Assembly: GCA_963849335.1 (NCBI GenBank)
Contig: CAWKGZ010000012.1
Location: 336,542-400,541 of the forward strand
Length of the DNA: 64,000 nucleotides
Reading direction: 5' to 3'
DNA from: an uncultured Chloroflexia bacterium
GTDB lineage: Bacteria > Chloroflexota > Anaerolineae > Anaerolineales > UBA4823
The translations under genes were made by a program, and so were the position numbers. This document shows positions 18,623 through 28,525 of this stretch, piece after piece. Position 1 is the first letter of the stretch, and each line of letters begins with the position of its first letter. The notes below the pieces were generated by a model, which saw nothing but the letters and a program-made list of their open reading frames with translations, had not been told where the DNA came from and searched no databases.

Positions 18623-19039
18623 CTACTTACCCAAATCAGAGGGTCCAAAGGCGCCGGGCAGCAGATCTGCCACGGTCGTCTCTTGCAGCAGGTTGCCAGC
18701 AATGTCAGCGATCAGCACAATGGTATCCAAACCAAACTCGGCCAAAACCTGGCGGCACGAACCGCAGGGAGAGCCGCCGTTCTCGGTAACTACGGCGATG
18801 GCAGCAAATTGGCGCTGTCCCTCGGACACGGCCTTGTAGATGGCCACCCGTTCGGCGCACATACTGGTGGGATAAGCAGCATTTTCGACATTGGCGCCGC
18901 TAAAGATATCCCCGCGGCGGGTAAGCAGCGCCGCACCTACCTGGTAATTCGAATAGGGGGCATAGGCCAGCTGGCGGGCTTGCTGCGCCTGCCCGATCAA
19001 ACGCTGGCGGATTTCATCATTTATCATCTTGCTCACCAT
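18623..19039 (-). CDS. cdd: cytidine deaminase
   Basis: CAERVAI and PCGSCRQVLAEF zinc-binding motifs. 138 aa. Confidence 0.9.
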   Translation of the reverse strand: MVSKMINDEIRQRLIGQAQQARQLAYAPYSNYQVGAALLTRRGDIFSGANVENAAYPTSMCAERVAIYKAVSEGQRQFAAIAVVTENGGSPCGSCRQVLAEFGLDTIVLIADIAGNLLQETTVADLLPGAFGPSDLGK

Positions 19040-20294
19040 CCTGCCCGCTTTTTGCTGCCTGCGGCAGCTTCCTGGCGCGCACCTTGCGGATGCGGTGCTT
19101 GCTGACCTGCTCGACGATCAACTCCAGGTCATCTACCTGCACCGATTCCCCGCTGACCGGTACCCGGCCCATCTGTCCATAGATGAAACCGCCCAGCGTC
19201 TCGGCATCTTCCAGGGGCAGATGGCTGCCCATCAGCTCGTTGAAATCTCCCAGGTCAACCCGCCCCATAAAGATGTATTCGCCTTCAGCGACCTGGGTAT
19301 AGGGCAGCTCTTCGCCCTGGTCATATTCGTCGCGGATCTCGCCGACGATTTCTTCGACAATATCTTCCATCGTGACCAGGCCTGCCACCCCGCCGTACTC
19401 ATCGACCACCACCGCCATATGCACGCGCCGGGTCTGCATCTCAGCCAGCAGCTCGTCCACCACCTTGGCCTCGGGGACAAAATAGGCCGAGCGCAGCAGG
19501 CTATGCAGCGAATTGATTTTACTGCCCTCGCGCCACACCTTGAGCAAGTCTTTGGCAAACAAGAGACCGAGGATGTTATCCACCGAGTCCTCATATACCG
19601 GCACGCGCGAGTGGCCTGACTGTAAAAAGACATCCAGCGCCTGCTCCAGCGGTGTGTGCACCTCCAGCGCAGTAATATAGATGCGCGGCAGCATGATCTC
19701 ACGCACCAGGGTGTCGCCCATTTCGAAGATCGAATAGATCATCTGGCGTTCATCCCGTTCCAACACACCGCCCTCATGCCCGGCGTCGACCATGCTCTTC
19801 AATTCTGCCTCGGTCACCGTGCCAACGGGTTCCTGGATTCGCCGCCGGTCGAATAGCAATGGGAGCGCCAACAGCGGCAGTAAAATTATCCCCGCGGCCC
19901 GGGCTGCTGGCGCCAGGCGCATCGCCCAGGACTCTGGGCTGCGGCGAATGATCATATACAGCACCCATTCCAGCCAGAAGACCAGCACCGCTACCCCGAA
20001 GAGGATACCCGCATCCAGGGCAAGGGAAGCAGTGTCCCATTCAGCCGGGGCAATTAGAACCAGGAGCAAGGCGGCGCCTAAAAAGCGCGTCAACCAGAAG
20101 GTGAGGTTGCTGCTGGCCTGCCAGGTTTGCGGCTTCTGCAATAAACTGACGGTGCGGTTCACCTGAGCCTCTCGCTCTTCGCGCAAAGACAGCAGGCGGG
20201 CCAGGCTGGCATTCAACAACGCTGCCCGGTATACGGTGGTGAACAGCTCCAGCAGGAGCAAGATGATAAGTATGAAAATCAACCACCCATCCAT
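19017..20294 (-). CDS. CNNM/CorC-family protein (DUF21 - CBS pair - CorC_HlyC)
   Basis: N-terminal TM domain, CBS-pair region (IMLPRIYITALEV...GHSRVPVYEDSVDNILGLL), C-terminal CorC/HlyC segment (GESVQVDDLELIVEQV). Confidence 0.85.
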   Translation of the reverse strand: MDGWLIFILIILLLLELFTTVYRAALLNASLARLLSLREEREAQVNRTVSLLQKPQTWQASSNLTFWLTRFLGAALLLVLIAPAEWDTASLALDAGILFGVAVLVFWLEWVLYMIIRRSPESWAMRLAPAARAAGIILLPLLALPLLFDRRRIQEPVGTVTEAELKSMVDAGHEGGVLERDERQMIYSIFEMGDTLVREIMLPRIYITALEVHTPLEQALDVFLQSGHSRVPVYEDSVDNILGLLFAKDLLKVWREGSKINSLHSLLRSAYFVPEAKVVDELLAEMQTRRVHMAVVVDEYGGVAGLVTMEDIVEEIVGEIRDEYDQGEELPYTQVAEGEYIFMGRVDLGDFNELMGSHLPLEDAETLGGFIYGQMGRVPVSGESVQVDDLELIVEQVSKHRIRKVRARKLPQAAKSGQDGEQDDK

Positions 20295-20327
20295 GAACAG
20301 GGTAATCCTTTTCGCCCAGCCAGCCGC

Positions 20328-21683
20328 CTACTCAGGAGGCTCCAGCTTGCGGATTGTGCGGGCAGGCACACCGACTGCCAGCGAGAATGGCGGCACATCA
20401 CGGGTTACCACTGCCCCGGCGCCGGTGCGGGCGCCGGCGCCGATCTTGACCGGGGCCACCAGCATGGTGTCACTACCAATAAACGCTCCTTCACCGATCT
20501 CGGTGGGGTGCTTGTGCGTCCCATCGAAGTTGCAGGTGATCGTTCCCGCGCCAATGTTCACCTCAGCACCAATGGTGGCATCACCGAGATAGGAGAAATG
20601 GCCCATCTTCGTTCCCGGGCCCAGGGTTGAGTTTTTGACCTCGCCAAAATTACCCATGTGCACCCCCGTAGCCAGGTGGGCGCCCTTGCGCAGGCGGGCA
20701 AACGGACCAACTTCGACATGGTCTTCCAACGTTGCCCCCTCCAGCACCGAGGCGAGGATGGTGCACGCATCGCCAACCTGGCTGTCGTGGATGATGGTGT
20801 TAGGGCCCAGCTCACAACCCGAGCCGATGGTGGTGCTGCCGCGCAGGTAGGTACCGGGCCAGAGCAGGGTATCGGGGCCGATGGATACCCCGGGCTCAAT
20901 GTAGGTCGCTTCGGGGTTGATCATGGTGACGCCTTGCAGCATCCACTGCTGATTGATGCGGCGGCGAAGCAGCGCCTCGGCTTCGGCCAGGTGGACACGG
21001 GTGTTGACTCCGATCATCTCTGCCGGGTCATCAGCCACCAGCGCCTGCACCGGGAGGCGGTCTGCCACCGCCAGCCCCACCAGGTCGGTCAGGTAGTATT
21101 CACCTTTGGGCGAAAGCGGGATGCGGTGAAGCGCCGGCCAAAGCCAGCCGGCCGAGAAGCAGTACACGCTGGCGTTCAACTCGCCAATGGCAAGCTGTTC
21201 CGGGGTGGCCTGGGCTTCTTCCACGATTGCCTGCACCTGCCCAGAGGCATCGCGCAGGATGCGGCCAAAACCACGCGGGTCAGCGGCAATCACCGTAACC
21301 ATGGTGATCACGGCGGGATCCATTTGGTGGACCGCCACAAGCTGGCGCAGCGTATCGGGGCTCACCAGCGGCATATCGGCATAGGTGACCAGCACCAGGT
21401 CAGACACATCCCGCAGCAACGGTTCAGCCTGCATGACGGCATGACCGGTACCGAGCTGAGGCTCTTGAACCACGTAGCTGGCAGCCTGCGGCCCCAATGC
21501 CTGACGGACGGCTCCGGCGCCATGCCCAATGACCATCACGGGCTGGGAGCCGGTCACCTGGCGGGCAGTTTCCAGAGCATGCCAGGCCATTGGCTGCCCA
21601 AGCAGTGGGTGCAGTACTTTGGGCAGTTTGGAGCGCATGCGCGTTCCCTGTCCGGCTGCCAGAATAACAGCAGAAATTTTCAT
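20328..21683 (-). CDS. glmU: bifunctional UDP-GlcNAc pyrophosphorylase / GlcN-1-P acetyltransferase
   Basis: ILAAGQGTRMRS nucleotidyltransferase motif and C-terminal left-handed beta-helix hexapeptide repeats. I prefer the ATG at 21683 (MKISAV) over the GTG at 21698. Confidence 0.9.
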   Translation of the reverse strand: MKISAVILAAGQGTRMRSKLPKVLHPLLGQPMAWHALETARQVTGSQPVMVIGHGAGAVRQALGPQAASYVVQEPQLGTGHAVMQAEPLLRDVSDLVLVTYADMPLVSPDTLRQLVAVHQMDPAVITMVTVIAADPRGFGRILRDASGQVQAIVEEAQATPEQLAIGELNASVYCFSAGWLWPALHRIPLSPKGEYYLTDLVGLAVADRLPVQALVADDPAEMIGVNTRVHLAEAEALLRRRINQQWMLQGVTMINPEATYIEPGVSIGPDTLLWPGTYLRGSTTIGSGCELGPNTIIHDSQVGDACTILASVLEGATLEDHVEVGPFARLRKGAHLATGVHMGNFGEVKNSTLGPGTKMGHFSYLGDATIGAEVNIGAGTITCNFDGTHKHPTEIGEGAFIGSDTMLVAPVKIGAGARTGAGAVVTRDVPPFSLAVGVPARTIRKLEPPE

Positions 21684-21825
21684 ACCTTCAAGCTCCACCT
21701 TCTACATTAAAAAACAACGAGCGCCACGCTGCCACCAACCCAGCGCGGGGCCCGTTGTCCCCGAAATGACAACTTTTTAGATGAGGATCCTCTTCAGCAC
21801 AAAACACGTTCAACGTTGTAACCAG

Positions 21826-21896
21826 CTGGGGCATCCGGATTCGAACCAGAATAGACAGCTCCAAAGGCTGCTGTGCTGCCGTTGCACCATGCCCCA
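21826..21896 (-). tRNA. tRNA-Gln (anticodon UUG)
   Basis: Folded by hand as a cloverleaf. Acceptor TGGGGCA/TGCCCCA, D arm GTGC..GCAC, anticodon stem GCAGC/GCTGT with loop CTTTGGA, T arm TCTGG-TTCGAAT-CCGGA. No encoded CCA. Confidence 0.85.
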
Positions 21897-21938
21897 ATCA
21901 GGCGGTAATTTTATCACAAGGCAATCAAACCGTACAAG

Positions 21939-23072
21939 CTACCGCTGGCTTTGCTCACCGTTTTCCGGAGTCAGGCCGAGCTTGCGGGCCTGTTCGTAGG
22001 AGAGGGCATCCGCGTCGCTGGAGCCATCCGACTCGCTTTTCTCACCAGATGGATCCCAGAAAGCATCCGCGTCACTGGTGTTGATCTTCTTTTTCACTGC
22101 CTGTTTAAACAAGGCGTCCACGCTGGCCTGCGTGGCGGCGTCGACCGTCACATCCTGGGGCAGTTCAACCGACTGAGGCGGGACCTGTTGGCGAGGCTCC
22201 AGTTCCACGCCCATATTTTCCAGGATTTGCAACAGATCGCCGGCTGCCGGGGAAACCGCCTGGCCAATCTCACTCAGCCTGCCAGGGGTGAAGTTGTCCA
22301 GTGAGACGATCAGCAAGGCATACACTCGCCCTACCAGCGCCAGGCAAAGGTGAAAGCGCACACCGCTGAAGCACATCAGGTTATCCGGCGTCTTTTCTCG
22401 GCCCAGCCCATGGGCGACCTTGAGGCTGGCGCTAAACACGCCCATCAGAGCAGGAATCAAGGATGCGCTGGCGCTGATCTCCGGCATGATGCCGGCCTCT
22501 GCTACTACCCGTCCGCTATCATCCAACAAGGTCACCGAGACAGCATTCAGCTGGCGGCGGAGCATGACCAGCCGGTCGGGCAGGGATACAGGCTGCGGTG
22601 CAGCCTGAACAGCCCCTGACCCGCTGGACAGCGGGGTAGTCTTATGCCCTTTGACGGCAACCGGTTCTTCGGCAACCGGAGGGAGGGGAAAAGCCTCACC
22701 GGCCAACCCAAGACAGCGCTCGACGGCATCTAAAAAGTCGGCCATTTCTACCGGTTTATAGAAGAAAGCATCCGCACCAGCTTCCGCCACCTGGCGGCGC
22801 AGGCGCGGCTCATCCACACCGGTCACCAGGATGATGCGAGTCTGCGGGGTACGTTTCTGCAGCCGGGTGACCAACTCCAAACCGCTCATCCCAGGCAGGC
22901 GGACATCGGCCACCACCAGGTCTAGCGGCAGTTGAGAACTGATCAGCAGGGCTTCTTCCCCGGAGGGTACTTCCAGCACATCAAAGTGCTTGCCGAGCGT
23001 GCGGAGGCTGGCTGCCAGCATGCGCCGCACCTCATGCTGGTCATCAACAATGAGCACACGAAATTGAGGCAT
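21939..23072 (-). CDS. response regulator: REC domain plus uncharacterised C-terminal domain (orphan, no adjacent kinase)
   Basis: VLIVDDQHEV, LVVADVRLPGMSG and FFYKP receiver motifs. About 250 aa of unassigned C-terminal sequence. Start set at MPQF (23072). Confidence 0.75.
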   Translation of the reverse strand: MPQFRVLIVDDQHEVRRMLAASLRTLGKHFDVLEVPSGEEALLISSQLPLDLVVADVRLPGMSGLELVTRLQKRTPQTRIILVTGVDEPRLRRQVAEAGADAFFYKPVEMADFLDAVERCLGLAGEAFPLPPVAEEPVAVKGHKTTPLSSGSGAVQAAPQPVSLPDRLVMLRRQLNAVSVTLLDDSGRVVAEAGIMPEISASASLIPALMGVFSASLKVAHGLGREKTPDNLMCFSGVRFHLCLALVGRVYALLIVSLDNFTPGRLSEIGQAVSPAAGDLLQILENMGVELEPRQQVPPQSVELPQDVTVDAATQASVDALFKQAVKKKINTSDADAFWDPSGEKSESDGSSDADALSYEQARKLGLTPENGEQSQR

Positions 23073-23165
23073 AAGCATGCATTCTATCACAAATAGAAAA
23101 AGCAGAAAACAGGTTTCGGACTGGCTGTGCCGGCCCAAAACCTGTTTTCTGGGAAGCTGTGCGGA

Positions 23166-24161
23166 TTACTCGACGCGCCAGCAGGCCACAAAGTGATCCG
23201 GGCTGACCTCGCGGAAGGCTGGCTCTTCGATGCCGCAGACATCCAGAGCCACCGGGCAGCGCGGGTGGAAGCGGCAGCCGCCGGGCGGGTTAAGCGGGCT
23301 GGGAACGTCACCTTCCAGGATGATGCGATCGCGAATTAAAGTCGGGTCGGGCACGGGGATGGCAGACATCAAGGCCTGGGTGTAAGGATGGAGCGGGTTG
23401 CGGAACAGCTCGTAGCGATCTGCCATTTCAACCAGCTTGCCCAGGTACATCACCGCCACGCGGTCAGAGATGTGCTCAACCACGCTCAGGTTGTGGGCAA
23501 TGAACAGGTAGGTCAGGCCGAAATCGCGCTGCAAATCCTTGAGAATGTTGAGCACCTGGGACTGGATGGATACGTCCAGCGCCGAAACCGGCTCATCAGC
23601 AACAATGAATTTGGGGCGCAGGGCAAGGGCGCGGGCAATGCCGATACGCTGGCGCTGTCCGCCGGAGAACTCGTGCGGGTAGCGGCGGGCATGGTAATCT
23701 TCCATGCCAACTTTGCGCAGCATCTCAATCACGATCTCAAAGCGCTCGCGGGGGGTGCCCACGTGGTGGATCCTCAGTCCCTCGCCAATCGACTCGCCGA
23801 TGGGCATGCGCGGGTCCAGCGAGGCATAGGGGTCCTGGAAGATGATCTGCATGTTGCGGCGCATATCTTTCAGCTCTTTGCCGTCCAGCTTGAGAATGTC
23901 CGTATCATTGAACATGATCGAGCCGCTGGTCGGTTCGACCAGGCGCAACATGGTGCGGCCAACGGTCGTCTTGCCGCAGCCCGATTCACCCACCAGCCCC
24001 AATGTCTCGCCTTCGCGGATGAAAAAGCTGATATCGTCCACTGCTTGCACCCAGGCAACCACGCGCTGCAGCAAGCCGCCGCGCACGGGGAAGTATTTCA
24101 CCAGCTCCTTGATCTCGATCAGATTCTTCTTTCCGTTTGATTTTACAACTTGATCAGTCAT
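23166..24161 (-). CDS. oligopeptide/dipeptide ABC transporter ATP-binding protein (OppF/DppF-like)
   Basis: GESGCGKTT Walker A, FSGGQRQR signature, [11 protein letters not shown] Walker B, C-terminal [11 protein letters not shown] oligopeptide-type extension. Confidence 0.88.
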   Translation of the reverse strand: MTDQVVKSNGKKNLIEIKELVKYFPVRGGLLQRVVAWVQAVDDISFFIREGETLGLVGESGCGKTTVGRTMLRLVEPTSGSIMFNDTDILKLDGKELKDMRRNMQIIFQDPYASLDPRMPIGESIGEGLRIHHVGTPRERFEIVIEMLRKVGMEDYHARRYPHEFSGGQRQRIGIARALALRPKFIVADEPVSALDVSIQSQVLNILKDLQRDFGLTYLFIAHNLSVVEHISDRVAVMYLGKLVEMADRYELFRNPLHPYTQALMSAIPVPDPTLIRDRIILEGDVPSPLNPPGGCRFHPRCPVALDVCGIEEPAFREVSPDHFVACWRVE

Positions 24162-24201
24162 CTCTTACCTCTCTCGGATCGTATTCTCTAATCAGTATGG
24201 A

Positions 24202-25229
24202 TCAGGAGCCCTTGAGCGGGGCCTGGTGATTCTCGTAGTCCTGGTATAACCAGCAGCGGACGATGTGCTCCGGCTCAACGGCCACCAGGTCTGGCTCAAC
24301 CTGGGTGCAAATCTGGAGCTGGTGCTGGATGCGGGAACGGCAGCGGGGGGCAAACTGGCAGCCAGGCGGCAGGTTGACCAGGTTGGGGACCGAGCCGGGG
24401 ATGACATCTAAACCTCCTTGACCGTCCCCAACACAGGGATTGAATCCATCAGGCCCTGGGTGTAGGGATGCACCGGATGCTCGAACAAGGTGCGTACATC
24501 GGTTTGCTCCACGATGCGGCCGGCGTACATCACCGCCACCCGGTCAGCCAACTCAGCAATCACACCCAGATCGTGGGTGATCAGGATGACGGCGGTGTCC
24601 ATGCGGCTGCGCAGGTCGCGCATCAGGTCAAGGATCTGCGCCTGGATGGTCACATCCAGGGCGGTGGTGGGTTCATCGGCGATGAGCAGCTGCGGGTTGA
24701 GCGCCAGGGCCATGGCGATCATCACTCGCTGGGCCTGCCCGCCCGACATTTCGTGGGGGAAGGCATGCGCCTTGGTCTCCGGGTCGGGAATGCCTACCAG
24801 GCGGAACAGCTCAACTGCTTTGTTCCAGGATTCCTCCTTCCCCATATTCTGGTGGATCTGCAGCACTTCTGCAACCTGGTCCGCGACCTTGAAGACGGGG
24901 TTGAGGCTGGATTGGGGCTGCTGGAAGATCATGGACATGCGGTTGCCGCGCATGTGCACCATCTCACCTTCTGAGAGCTGCAGCAGGTTGCGACCTTCAA
25001 AGAAAATCTCACCTTCCACCACCTTACCGGGGATCCCGATCAGGCGCATGATGGATAGCGAGGTGACGCTCTTGCCGCAGCCTGACTCACCCACCAGGCC
25101 CAGCACCTCGCCGCGCCCGACGGTAAAGTCAACCCCGTCAACGGCTTTGACCACACCGTCTTCGGTGAAGAAATAGGTTTTCAGGTTGCGCACCTCAAGC
25201 AATGGTTCTTTTTTGTCAATCATGGGCAT
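24202..25229 (-). pseudogene. oligopeptide/dipeptide ABC transporter ATP-binding protein (OppD/DppD-like), apparent frameshift near 24405-24416
   Basis: The 273-aa fragment has [17 protein letters not shown] and [11 protein letters not shown] and stops at ...GTVKEV. The adjacent frame continues [26 protein letters not shown]...HQAPLKGS-stop (TGA 24202-24204), which is the canonical C-terminal extension. Confidence 0.85.
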
Positions 25230-25267
25230 CCTCTTGTTATTCAGTCATCGGCGCTTCGAGCAGCGGG

Positions 25268-25807
25268 TCAGGGCAGGGGACAGAGCCCCTGCGCCTGCAA
25301 GGCTTCTTCGATCGGCGCCATAGTTTTAAAGTGGAAAGAGCCGGCAGCGATGTAATCTCCCATGCGACCAAAGAGGGTATTGTACTGAGCGTGCCGCCCT
25401 ACCAGGGGGATGACGATCGTGTCAATTCTCTTCATAAACTTGTAAGATGAATGGATCCGCGCTGGCGGATCATAGGCCAGCACCAACACCACTACCTGGT
25501 CGCTGTTCTGGTATTCTTCCCAGGTCACGTCCGACAGGCTTAAGTCGTCCCAGCGTTTGCTGCTCGAGATGACATCATTGACCGCGCTGGTCACCCCTTC
25601 AAAGGCTGGATCGCCGGGGTGAATTTCCGTGGTTTCTCCATAACAATGCAAGGTTATCCCAACAGGGATCTCGTCAAATACCGGGAAGAACCACAGGATA
25701 TCGCCGGTGTTGAAAGCAATGATCAACACATACATAATCGCGATCATCGGCAGGGTAATGCCAAGCATCTGGAGCAGCGACGGTGAATGCGGTTTTGGCT
25801 CAGCCAT
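25268..25807 (-). CDS. hypothetical single-pass membrane protein embedded in the peptide ABC operon
   Basis: 179-aa ORF, co-directional and tightly packed between the permease and ATPase genes. One N-terminal TM helix (ITLPMIAIMYVLIIAF). I recognise no family motif. Confidence 0.5.
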   Translation of the reverse strand: MAEPKPHSPSLLQMLGITLPMIAIMYVLIIAFNTGDILWFFPVFDEIPVGITLHCYGETTEIHPGDPAFEGVTSAVNDVISSSKRWDDLSLSDVTWEEYQNSDQVVVLVLAYDPPARIHSSYKFMKRIDTIVIPLVGRHAQYNTLFGRMGDYIAAGSFHFKTMAPIEEALQAQGLCPLP

Positions 25808-25815
25808 AGGTGCGG

Positions 25816-26751
25816 TTATCTTTTCAGGCGAGGATCCAGGGCATCGCGCAGGGCGTCACCCATATAGTTGAAGGCCAGGTTGACCACAAAGATGGACAGG
25901 CCAGGATAAAAAACCTTGGCCGGCTGCGTCCACATGTCACTCTGGTATTCTGCCAGCATGTTGCCCCAGGTGGGGATGGGCGGCTGGATGCCGAAACCCA
26001 GGAAGGATAGAGCCGACTCGAGGATGATCACCCCGCCCAGGCTGAGCGTGGCAGAGACAATAATGGGGGCCAGGGCGTTGGGGATCATGTGGCGGATGAT
26101 GATGCCCAGGTTGCCCAGGCCCATGGCACGCGCTGCCTCGGTGAATTCCTGGTTGCGCAGCGAGAGCACCATACCGCGCATCAGGCGGGAGGAACCCATC
26201 CAGCCAAAGATGATCAGGATGGAGGCAATGATAACTGCCGAGCTCCACTCTTGGGGCAGCCCAGAGACGGTGATGCCGCGCAGCAAGGCTGAAAAGGCGA
26301 GCAACAGCGGCAGCAAAGGCAGCGTGAGCAGGAACTCTACGGCGCGCTGGATGACCTCATCCACCCATCCGCCATAGAAGCCGGAGATAGCACCGATCAA
26401 GGCGCCCATCGTCTCGGCAAGGATGGTGACGACAAACGCCACCAGCAGCGAGATGCGCCCAGCATGGAGCAAACGGCTGAAGACATCGCGGCCGATATTA
26501 TCCGTGCCCATCAGGAATTGCCCGGAGGGTGTCGCGTTCTTGATGATCGCCCCGTTCTCATCTTTATTGATCGAAATCGGGTTGTAAGGGGCGATGATCG
26601 GGGCCAGGGCACAGGCCAGGACGATGATGATCAATACAACCATGCCGCCTACCGCCAGCTTGTGGCGGCGGAAGCGGTTCCACACAACACGGGTAAAACT
26701 TGCTTCCTTGACAGCCGATAGAGCTTCCCGATCCAGTTCTGCTACAGCCAT
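25816..26751 (-). CDS. peptide ABC transporter permease (OppC/DppC-like)
   Basis: N-terminal OppC-type segment, EAA-like loop (FTEAARAMGLGNLGIIIRHMIPN), polytopic. Confidence 0.88.
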   Translation of the reverse strand: MAVAELDREALSAVKEASFTRVVWNRFRRHKLAVGGMVVLIIIVLACALAPIIAPYNPISINKDENGAIIKNATPSGQFLMGTDNIGRDVFSRLLHAGRISLLVAFVVTILAETMGALIGAISGFYGGWVDEVIQRAVEFLLTLPLLPLLLAFSALLRGITVSGLPQEWSSAVIIASILIIFGWMGSSRLMRGMVLSLRNQEFTEAARAMGLGNLGIIIRHMIPNALAPIIVSATLSLGGVIILESALSFLGFGIQPPIPTWGNMLAEYQSDMWTQPAKVFYPGLSIFVVNLAFNYMGDALRDALDPRLKR

Positions 26752-26810
26752 AAAGTACTCTCCTGATCAAAATCAGAGATGGCCTGGTGAGAGGTCATCT
26801 CTGGGATGTG

Positions 26811-28346
26811 TTATTTGAAGCGGATGCGCGGGTCGACCAGCGTGTACAGGATGTCACCCAGCAGGGTGGCAAAGACCACCAGGACAGCGGTGATGAACAG
26901 AATGGACATCACCACCGGCCAGTCACTGGCATTCAGGGCATCAAAGTACAAACGGCCAATGCCGGGATAGGCGAAGACCGTCTCGGTCAGGGTAGCGCCA
27001 CCAAAGATCCCCGGGATGGTGAAAACGACAATGGTAATGATGGGGATGAGGGCGTTGCGCAGGGCATGCTTGATGATCACCACGCGCTCGATCAGGCCTT
27101 TGGCCCGGGCGGTGCGCACATAATCCTGGCGCAGCACCTCCAGCATGGAGGAGCGCATATAGCGGCTCCATCCCGCCAGGTACGCCAGGCTGAGCATGGT
27201 TGCAGGGAGTATGATGTGGACAACACGATCCACCAGACTGCCGGGCGTAGCGTTCATGAGCGCCAGCAGACTGCCATCTGGAGGTGTACGCATCAATTGT
27301 GTTCCCCCGGAAGGAAAGAAGGGCAGGTTCATATTCTTGAAACCATACGAGAAAACCAGAATGAGCATCAGGCCAAACCAGAAGACGGGCATGGCGGAGC
27401 CAAAGAAGGCAAAGGTCGTTACAGCGTAGTCCGTCTTGCTGTACTGGTGTACGCCGGAATAGATGCCGATGGGGATGGCGATCAGCAGTGAAAAGACGGC
27501 GACCGTGGTCATCAGGATGACCGTGTTCCCCAGGCGGGTTTTGATCAGACCGGTCACCGGCTGGCGCGGCGCAAGCCGCCAGGAGGTGCCGAAATCCAGG
27601 CGCAGGATACCGGAATTCTCGGCATGGAAGGCGGCGTACTTGGAGAGCAGGCCATCGCCGGCGGTCAGCCCGGCGATATTGATCCAGGTGCCATCCTCAG
27701 GACGGGGCAGGCCTTCATTGGCAGAGAAGATCCAGGCGGTCTCGCGTGTGGTGACAATGGTATAAAATTTTTCATTGGGGTCGCGCAGGGTGATGTTCAT
27801 GCCGACCACCTCGGTGCTGATGCCTTCCTTGAGCACATCCGCGCCGGGGCGAGTCGTCGGCGCCGGTTTGACCTGCACCTGGGTAGCCGCAATGACACCC
27901 GGTTCAATCTCCTCGCCCCACACCCACAGCCGATAGCCCGGGTTGACCAGGGTAGCACTAGGCTCTACCCAAAAGCGAGCCTCATCAAACAAATAATTTT
28001 TTTCGTTGGTATCGGTATCAATGGTGAACATCTGCTCGCCATTGTTGCCGATGATGGGGCGCTGGTACTTACCAAATCCCACATACATCCAGTCGGCTCC
28101 CAGCCAGTCATCGCCGAGCAGCCAGGTCAGATAGCGCAGGAAGAGCGGTTTATCCAGCCCCAGGTACGACTCCAGGCGGGCAATATCGTCTTCGGTGACG
28201 CGCGATTTGATATCCGCCCCCAGGCGCAGGCCGGAAAGCGGCCCACCCGGCGCCACATTGAGCAGGATGTAGATGGCCATGGTCGAGAGCAGGATCACCA
28301 GGATCATCTGGAAAAAACGACGGATCAGGTAGTTGGTCATTGACAC
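26811..28346 (-). CDS. peptide ABC transporter permease (OppB/DppB-like) with an unusually large first extracytoplasmic loop
   Basis: MTNYLIRRFFQMILVILL N-terminus and YVRTARAKGL EAA loop. 511 aa, whereas the family is typically about 310-340 aa. The extra sequence lies between TM1 and TM2 (about 27521-28256). Confidence 0.85.
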   Translation of the reverse strand: MSMTNYLIRRFFQMILVILLSTMAIYILLNVAPGGPLSGLRLGADIKSRVTEDDIARLESYLGLDKPLFLRYLTWLLGDDWLGADWMYVGFGKYQRPIIGNNGEQMFTIDTDTNEKNYLFDEARFWVEPSATLVNPGYRLWVWGEEIEPGVIAATQVQVKPAPTTRPGADVLKEGISTEVVGMNITLRDPNEKFYTIVTTRETAWIFSANEGLPRPEDGTWINIAGLTAGDGLLSKYAAFHAENSGILRLDFGTSWRLAPRQPVTGLIKTRLGNTVILMTTVAVFSLLIAIPIGIYSGVHQYSKTDYAVTTFAFFGSAMPVFWFGLMLILVFSYGFKNMNLPFFPSGGTQLMRTPPDGSLLALMNATPGSLVDRVVHIILPATMLSLAYLAGWSRYMRSSMLEVLRQDYVRTARAKGLIERVVIIKHALRNALIPIITIVVFTIPGIFGGATLTETVFAYPGIGRLYFDALNASDWPVVMSILFITAVLVVFATLLGDILYTLVDPRIRFK

Positions 28347-28525
28347 ACCTCCAACAAGATTACCAGCCAGCAGCGGCTTGTGAAGAAAAGCTCAAAAAAT
28401 CATAATAACTACTATCGACAACGGTTTTGGTTCAAAAAAGGTTGGTTTAGAGAGGATGGTGGCAGTCTTGCGACTGCCACCATCGGCTTTGCTACACAGT
28501 TACACTACAGGTGAAGAAGCGGAGA

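Noticed and set aside
20658-21710. 350-aa plus-strand ORF
   Set aside because: Antisense to glmU, which has unambiguous motifs. Shadow ORF.
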